Shown: piece after piece, positions 35,854 through 41,051 of the stretch | Position numbering within the stretch: the first letter of the stretch is position 1 | Layout: every line of letters begins with the position of its first letter | Virus record (IMG/VR): IMGVR_UViG_3300032303_002889 | Span: 1 to 41,051 of that record | Reading direction: 5' to 3' (one strand) | DNA length: 41,051 nucleotides | Origin: a virus | Lineage: Duplodnaviria > Caudoviricetes | Translations under genes and position numbers: made by a program | Notes under the pieces: model-generated | The model's database searches: none | Told to the model about the DNA's origin: nothing | Seen by the model: the letters and a program-made list of their open reading frames with translations, nothing else

Positions 35854-37080
35854 TTAGAATTCAGATTCTTGATCTAGTGCAAACTGCTTGGCCAGGTCTT
35901 GTCTAAGTATCTTAGATCTTTGGGACAATAGAACTCTACCACCATCAGGATCTTTAAACATAGGACCGCCGCCAAACTCATCAGGAAAATTATGAGTCAT
36001 CATAAACTCAACAATTCCTTTTGTAGATTTGTCTTGTAGGTCAGACAGATCAATCTTCATAATAGGAAGAAGTCGCGTCTTAATTCTATTAAGGAATGTT
36101 TGTACGTTTTCACTCCAAGCAGCGTCTGAGAATAGCACCATTGATAAGATAAAATCTCTAAAAGCCACTTTATTATCAAACTTATGTGCATATAGCCCAT
36201 TCTCAAACCAGCGTTTAAATACATCTTCATCTTCTGTATTTGCATAAGATGCGTCTTCTGTGCCCAGTGTATCACCAAGCTCGTCACCTGTTTCAGCATT
36301 AGCTTTATTTAGCGATACATCTTTGGGTACGTTCTTTTTAGGTAGATTTTGACGAACCATAGATTCTAGATATCTCATAACATAATGGCCAAGCTTGTAC
36401 CACATGTGTTTTTCAGCATTAGACAGATCAGCATCATTTTTAATTTCTGGAGTACTGATATTGCCTATTTTACTAAAATCATCTGATACTGACGGATCCC
36501 AAGCTCTTACAGGATTTCCTCTATTTTCAGGACTATTGTCTGTAATTTTTTCAGCTGCTGCTGAAGCAAAAGAACCTACATCTCCAAGATTAGGACTGGT
36601 CTTAAGAGCGTTCTTATATCGATGCCAAACTGAAGTAATTTGTCTTTTGGTATAGTGAAGTATTAGAGTGTCTGCATACTGTTTGCCAGGGCCGTTAGAG
36701 TCAAATTCATTTAACATCATTAGAAACTTTTCTTTTCCTAATTCATTCCTAAGCTCTTGAGCTAGAGTAGGATCTTCACCACTTTGAAGAAGTTCAATTA
36801 GCGAATCCACTTCATCAGAGTACTCTTGTTCAAATGCTTTATCAAAGTACTCTTTTGCTTTTTTAATTGATGCAGGATTAGAGAAAATTTGATCAAAGCT
36901 TTTATTATGAAAAGCAGCAGCTTTTTCTTCTCTGTCAGCAGCAGCTTTACGTTTGGATCTGGCCTCTAAAGAATCAGGATCAAGTTCACTTGGACCTTCA
37001 GGAATTTCTATTCCCTCATCTTCAATATCATCCAGGCCTTCAAGAAGCGCCTTTCGGTACATTTCTTCAATTTTACTCAT
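35854..37080 (-). CDS. Hypothetical protein with sigma-factor-like segments
   Basis: 408 aa; WDPS and VSLN......GDELGDTL resemble sigma70 regions 2.3 and 3.2; function tentative. Confidence 0.5.
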   Translation of the reverse strand: MSKIEEMYRKALLEGLDDIEDEGIEIPEGPSELDPDSLEARSKRKAAADREEKAAAFHNKSFDQIFSNPASIKKAKEYFDKAFEQEYSDEVDSLIELLQSGEDPTLAQELRNELGKEKFLMMLNEFDSNGPGKQYADTLILHYTKRQITSVWHRYKNALKTSPNLGDVGSFASAAAEKITDNSPENRGNPVRAWDPSVSDDFSKIGNISTPEIKNDADLSNAEKHMWYKLGHYVMRYLESMVRQNLPKKNVPKDVSLNKANAETGDELGDTLGTEDASYANTEDEDVFKRWFENGLYAHKFDNKVAFRDFILSMVLFSDAAWSENVQTFLNRIKTRLLPIMKIDLSDLQDKSTKGIVEFMMTHNFPDEFGGGPMFKDPDGGRVLLSQRSKILRQDLAKQFALDQESEF

Positions 37081-37095
37081 GAGTAATTAGTATAA

Positions 37096-38493
37096 CTAAT
37101 CATCCAATGATTCATCATTATCTTCAATAGGAAAGCATCTAAAAATGCTGCCATCAAAAGCATACTTCATTATCTTTCCTACTCGACCTTGCGATTGCTT
37201 GAGTATTTGAATTTCTAACACATCTTCAATTTCATCTGCTTCGGGTATATGAGTAAGATATCTCTCTGCATAATATTTTGCTCTAAAAGCTGAGAGCACA
37301 ACTCGTGAACGTTCAGCTAGTGCATGACTGTTCTTAACATGATTTAATTGCGGCCGCAGCAGCTCTAGATCCTCTATAGATTGAATTCTAGCACTGTCTG
37401 CTTGACGTCCAAACTGTGCGACTCCTAAGAAACATATATTCTCATCTTTACACATGGCATTTAAGCGATTGATTCCCATTTCAATAGTGGTTGCTAGCGA
37501 TCCATGACCATTCTCTTGAAAGTCTTGAACCATTGTAATCAAATCGCAAACCACAATAAGATAATCATTACCGGTGCGTTGCTTATATTCACGTATAAGC
37601 GATTGAATATGCGCAAGAGACAGATTAGGATCTTCAACAAAAAAGAAATTCTTTGATCTGTCCAGCTCTTCTTTTTCTTCTTTGAATTTCTTCAAGATAG
37701 GAATTAGATCATCACCTGAGCCATAAAGAGCTTCTACCGGAATCTCGGTTCTCATAGCAAGTAGCCTATCAAAAGTGCTTATGCCATCCATTTCTAGACT
37801 TATGTAAATAGACGGTATGTTAAGATTTATAAATCCATTTACAAGATTTAACGCGTATGCAGACTTTCCTGTGCCTGTAGAACCTGCAATCAAAATAAAT
37901 TGACCTGGAGAAGCTTTACGTGGAAGATATGCATCCAGATGAGCATCTGCAAATGAATAGGTTTTTCCATTCTGTCTATTAAGCAGCTCTTGATAATACT
38001 CATCTGTCCAGGTTTCAGCGCTTTTAAGAACGCTCTTATTGAATGAATTGGAGATAACATCATTCATGGATGATAGCGAATTGGATACAAAAGACGCATC
38101 CAACTCATCATGAGAGTTTACTTCATCTAGCAAATCAACAGCAATCTTTCGCAAGTTTGATTTTTGAACGCCTTTCTGAAGTGTGTTTAATATTTCATTA
38201 AGAACTGGATTTTCATTATCCAGATCTTTAATCATGCTAACTGTTTGAATATCTACGTTATAATTAAGTTCATTTGCTTTTTGAAATAATGAGCTCTCAG
38301 ACAGAGTTAAATCATTCTTGTGATGATATTCAATTGCTTCAAATATAGATCGGGCAGTGGCATGAAAAAAGATATCAGAATAAATTCTACTATCATTTAA
38401 CCAGGATTTGTTTTGAATAAGTCCATTAAGAAGACGATATTCAGACATTACCAGGTATTCAGAATTTGCTCGACTAACCGGTTTGTCTTTCAA
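37096..38493 (-). CDS. dnaB: DnaB-like replicative helicase
   Basis: IAGSTGTGKS, ISLEM, VVCD.I, VAQF.R, ILKQ..G motifs. Confidence 0.92.
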   Translation of the reverse strand: MKDKPVSRANSEYLVMSEYRLLNGLIQNKSWLNDSRIYSDIFFHATARSIFEAIEYHHKNDLTLSESSLFQKANELNYNVDIQTVSMIKDLDNENPVLNEILNTLQKGVQKSNLRKIAVDLLDEVNSHDELDASFVSNSLSSMNDVISNSFNKSVLKSAETWTDEYYQELLNRQNGKTYSFADAHLDAYLPRKASPGQFILIAGSTGTGKSAYALNLVNGFINLNIPSIYISLEMDGISTFDRLLAMRTEIPVEALYGSGDDLIPILKKFKEEKEELDRSKNFFFVEDPNLSLAHIQSLIREYKQRTGNDYLIVVCDLITMVQDFQENGHGSLATTIEMGINRLNAMCKDENICFLGVAQFGRQADSARIQSIEDLELLRPQLNHVKNSHALAERSRVVLSAFRAKYYAERYLTHIPEADEIEDVLEIQILKQSQGRVGKIMKYAFDGSIFRCFPIEDNDESLDD

Positions 38494-39236
38494 TCAAATA
38501 CCCCTTGAATGTTCTTAATATTGATTCCAGACATATAGTTGTCTTCAAAATTGAATTGAGTCTTCTTTAATATAACCCGTCGCTCAATGAAATCTTGAAG
38601 AGAGTAACCAAAGCCTTCACGATCTATTTCTGATATAGGCTTATTGCTGATCAAAATAAGACCTTTCTTATATGTATCAATTCTATCACGTATAAATTGA
38701 TCCAAAAATGGTATCTGAAAACCAGACTTAAAAAGAGTAATTTTATTTTTATCAAAGACTTCATCAATAATTAGCAGATCACAATCATAATACTTTCTTA
38801 CTTTATCTTCACGTTCTTCATCATCCAGCGTGGTTAACGCTTTTATAAGGTTCTGCATTAAGATATATTGAACAGTCTTGCCTTGTGAAAGAAGCTGCGA
38901 CCCGGCCCATTTTGCCAGTGTGGTTTTTTGAGTTCCATTGGCGCCAAAGAAATATAGAACTTCTGATGAATATTTACCAAAATCAGAAACATATTTTTCA
39001 AGCTTGGAGAGCTCGTCACGAGACTTGGTTCCTACATATTGATTTAGTGTATAATCCAGATCTGATTGAGATAATCCAGAAGATGATAATCTAATGGAAA
39101 TGTCACGATCTTTACGCCACTTAATGTGACATTCACACTCTATATATTTTTCATATCCGTCTAAGCCAATAGTGGAGATATAACCAGATAGACGTGCTTT
39201 GTTATGACACTTGCGACATGAGACAAATTTAGCCAT
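38490..39236 (-). CDS. dnaC: DnaC/DnaI-like helicase loader
   Basis: N-terminal CRKC...CEC, variant Walker A GANGTQKT, DLLIIDE, LISN; overlaps dnaB. Confidence 0.8.
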   Translation of the reverse strand: MAKFVSCRKCHNKARLSGYISTIGLDGYEKYIECECHIKWRKDRDISIRLSSSGLSQSDLDYTLNQYVGTKSRDELSKLEKYVSDFGKYSSEVLYFFGANGTQKTTLAKWAGSQLLSQGKTVQYILMQNLIKALTTLDDEEREDKVRKYYDCDLLIIDEVFDKNKITLFKSGFQIPFLDQFIRDRIDTYKKGLILISNKPISEIDREGFGYSLQDFIERRVILKKTQFNFEDNYMSGINIKNIQGVFD

Positions 39237-39251
39237 GATTAGAATATAACC

Positions 39252-39794
39252 CTAACGTGGTCTTTTTGCTAGCTCTTCTAGATTTAGATCTGGCCACTCT
39301 GACCATGAGGTAATACGTGCATCCTGTCTAACATCTGATCCACGATTATATGGAGCGTCAAATACAACTCTTAGGCCTTGAAAATTATTAATAAACTTTG
39401 GATTATCATCAATCAGAACCCAATCACTGGAAAAAATGCTTTTGTCATTGGTAAATATTACTTTTTGTGTATCAAAGAAAGGCAATTCTCTTTGAATCCA
39501 GCGAATCTTTTCTTTCATGATCCAGGGCTTGGATAGTGCAGATGAAACAATAAATACATCATGGTCTTTTATCATTTTAGACATAGCCTTTGCCATGCCA
39601 TCAATGGGTTTTAGCCATTCAAATGGACTAAAACGCTTTTCAAAACGCTTTAGCGCACCAGGCCAGGTCTTTTCAAGATCATACTCTATTACATCTTCTC
39701 TGGTAATGATTTTTCCATCAGCGCGCTCAAAAGTTTCTACAAAATAGCCAATCAAATCGGCAATCGTACCGTCCATATCAACAGCAATTCTCAT
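39252..39794 (-). CDS. 5'(3')-deoxyribonucleotidase (NT5C, HAD)
   Basis: IAVDMDGT.AD, K..W....PF, LIDDNP, F.APYN. Confidence 0.9.
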   Translation of the reverse strand: MRIAVDMDGTIADLIGYFVETFERADGKIITREDVIEYDLEKTWPGALKRFEKRFSPFEWLKPIDGMAKAMSKMIKDHDVFIVSSALSKPWIMKEKIRWIQRELPFFDTQKVIFTNDKSIFSSDWVLIDDNPKFINNFQGLRVVFDAPYNRGSDVRQDARITSWSEWPDLNLEELAKRPR

Positions 39795-39825
39795 TTTAAT
39801 ATCCTCTTCTTAAGAATATAACCGG

Positions 39826-40389
39826 TTAATCATAATCATACTTGGTTGCCAAAGCAAATAACAGATCACTTAGTCTATTAAGATAGCGTGAGCTATTATT
39901 TAGATCATATCTCATTTTATTGTGATTCATAAACTTTACTATGGTTCTCTCCGCGCGCCTACAACATGTGCGTGCCTGATGAATAAATCCGCCAGGAAGA
40001 ATAAACTTTGAGGGTATGTCCACAGTCTTAAGTATATCTCTTTGATAATCTTCCAGATCTTCTTCAATATGAAGAGGAGTTATTGGTTTTAGAGCCAGGT
40101 ATGTCTCTGAATGAAAAACTCCTGAAAAATCAATATCAGGATCTGTTGCTACTAGCGCCATTATATCATGCAATCTGTTTTGAATAGTGGTTAAACGTTC
40201 AGAGTTCACTGCCACAAAGCGATTGTCACGTGTCTTAAGAACTGTTCCTATCCAGGAGGATAGCTCATCAATGTCACCTAGCACATCAAAAAATTCATCA
40301 GATTTGGGAATTCGCCTACCGGACCAGTTGGATGAAACTCCCAAATCGCCCGATTTTGTGGTTATTTTATCAAAATCTTCTACACTCAT
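39826..40389 (-). CDS. pduO: PduO-type ATP:cob(I)alamin adenosyltransferase
   Basis: ITTK.GD.G, G.IDEL.S.IG, FILPGG, H.ART.CRRAER, YLNRLSD.LF. Confidence 0.93.
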   Translation of the reverse strand: MSVEDFDKITTKSGDLGVSSNWSGRRIPKSDEFFDVLGDIDELSSWIGTVLKTRDNRFVAVNSERLTTIQNRLHDIMALVATDPDIDFSGVFHSETYLALKPITPLHIEEDLEDYQRDILKTVDIPSKFILPGGFIHQARTCCRRAERTIVKFMNHNKMRYDLNNSSRYLNRLSDLLFALATKYDYD

Positions 40390-40428
40390 TCATATACTCC
40401 AGGTTACTAGGAATATAACCACATTTTA

Positions 40429-41051
40429 TTATTTTTTAGTAGAATCATTTAGTGAGTTTTGAATATCTTCTCTGGCCTGTAATAGTTTCTTGCTACGTTC
40501 AACGTTATAATTGCTTTTTTCTCTTATCACATTCATTAGATCATTGCTTATCTCAGAGAATACGTGTTTATTCTGCCACAACACATCACTGATGATGTTA
40601 GATGGAATCTCATCTGAAACAAACCACATATCATAATGCTCAACACTCTTGTGCAATACACTATCACTTATGGTTTCCAAGAGATTAGACCACTCTATCT
40701 GAGATCTATGATTAAATCCATTAAGTTCTGCGCTCTTAAGATAGATCTTCATGATCTCTATCTTTAAGCTCTCTCCTGCAGACGTAAACAGGTGAAAACA
40801 TCTTTTATAATGAGCTGGAGATGCTTTCACGATCACGTCTCGCACAATATCTCTATGATTGGACACCAAATTATCAGCACCACGTGTTACAAGAAGACGT
40901 ACATCCTCTTTGTATTTTACCTCAGCAATGAGATCATCCTGTATATTATCCACAAGTGAAGCTATCTTTTGATTAAGATAGTTATTTGAGATCTGTCGAG
41001 GTGATGGACGATGTAATACTTTTTCCACAAATACGTTAACGGCTTTCTCAT
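40429..41051 (-). CDS. Hypothetical protein, 5' end beyond the window
   Basis: The frame of the 199-aa ORF stays open to the window edge. Confidence 0.7.
   Translation of the reverse strand, partial: EKAVNVFVEKVLHRPSPRQISNNYLNQKIASLVDNIQDDLIAEVKYKEDVRLLVTRGADNLVSNHRDIVRDVIVKASPAHYKRCFHLFTSAGESLKIEIMKIYLKSAELNGFNHRSQIEWSNLLETISDSVLHKSVEHYDMWFVSDEIPSNIISDVLWQNKHVFSEISNDLMNVIREKSNYNVERSKKLLQAREDIQNSLNDSTKK

Noticed and set aside
12900-38493. Inteins in NrdJ, RecA, DnaB or DnaX
   Set aside because: Lengths are normal and no C...HN-C/S/T splice junctions or LAGLIDADG inserts were seen.
1-41051. CRISPR array, integrase or transposase
   Set aside because: No regularly spaced repeat-spacer units and no recognisable recombinase or transposase motifs.
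1-41051. Alternative genetic code (stop reassignment)
   Set aside because: Conserved genes are full length under the standard bacterial code, TAA, TAG and TGA all end genes, and no suppressor tRNA was seen.

Overview
This is a 41 kb fragment of a large AT-rich tailed dsDNA phage, probably with a contractile tail; the host cannot be determined from the sequence. (1) 1-7.3 kb, minus strand: an early-type region with four tRNAs (Glu partial, Asp, Ile-UAU, Arg-UCU), a structured ncRNA candidate, small hypotheticals, a SprT protease, rIIB/rIIA and uvsE, driven by repeated TTTACA-N17-TATATT promoters. (2) 7.4-12.3 kb, plus strand: a DNA-hypermodification operon with a T4 alpha-glucosyltransferase homolog, a UDP-glucuronate 4-epimerase-like enzyme, UDP-glucose dehydrogenase and a divergent C5-cytosine methyltransferase, followed by two orphan antitoxin-like genes. 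This is the best candidate for an undescribed system (uronic-acid-glycosylated cytosine). (3) 12.5-24.6 kb and 35.9-41 kb: nucleotide metabolism and bacterial-style replication genes (NrdJ, glutaredoxin, PduO, dUTPase, NT5C, SSB candidate, ClpP, SbcC, DnaX, RecA with an adjacent GIY-YIG homing endonuclease, DnaB, DnaC). (4) 24.6-35.8 kb: a tail/baseplate module. Signals read directly from the DNA include a three-class promoter grammar with a candidate late motif ACTAATTA (placed in the loop of an RBS-sequestering hairpin before the homing endonuclease), a candidate programmed frameshift at TCT TTT CGA in the chaperone gene upstream of the tape-measure-like gene, an unannotated metallothionein-like ORF, two structured RNA candidates, a mosaic recA, and a 53-bp identical tract between two tail paralogs. 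All family calls come from motif recognition by eye; no database search was run.
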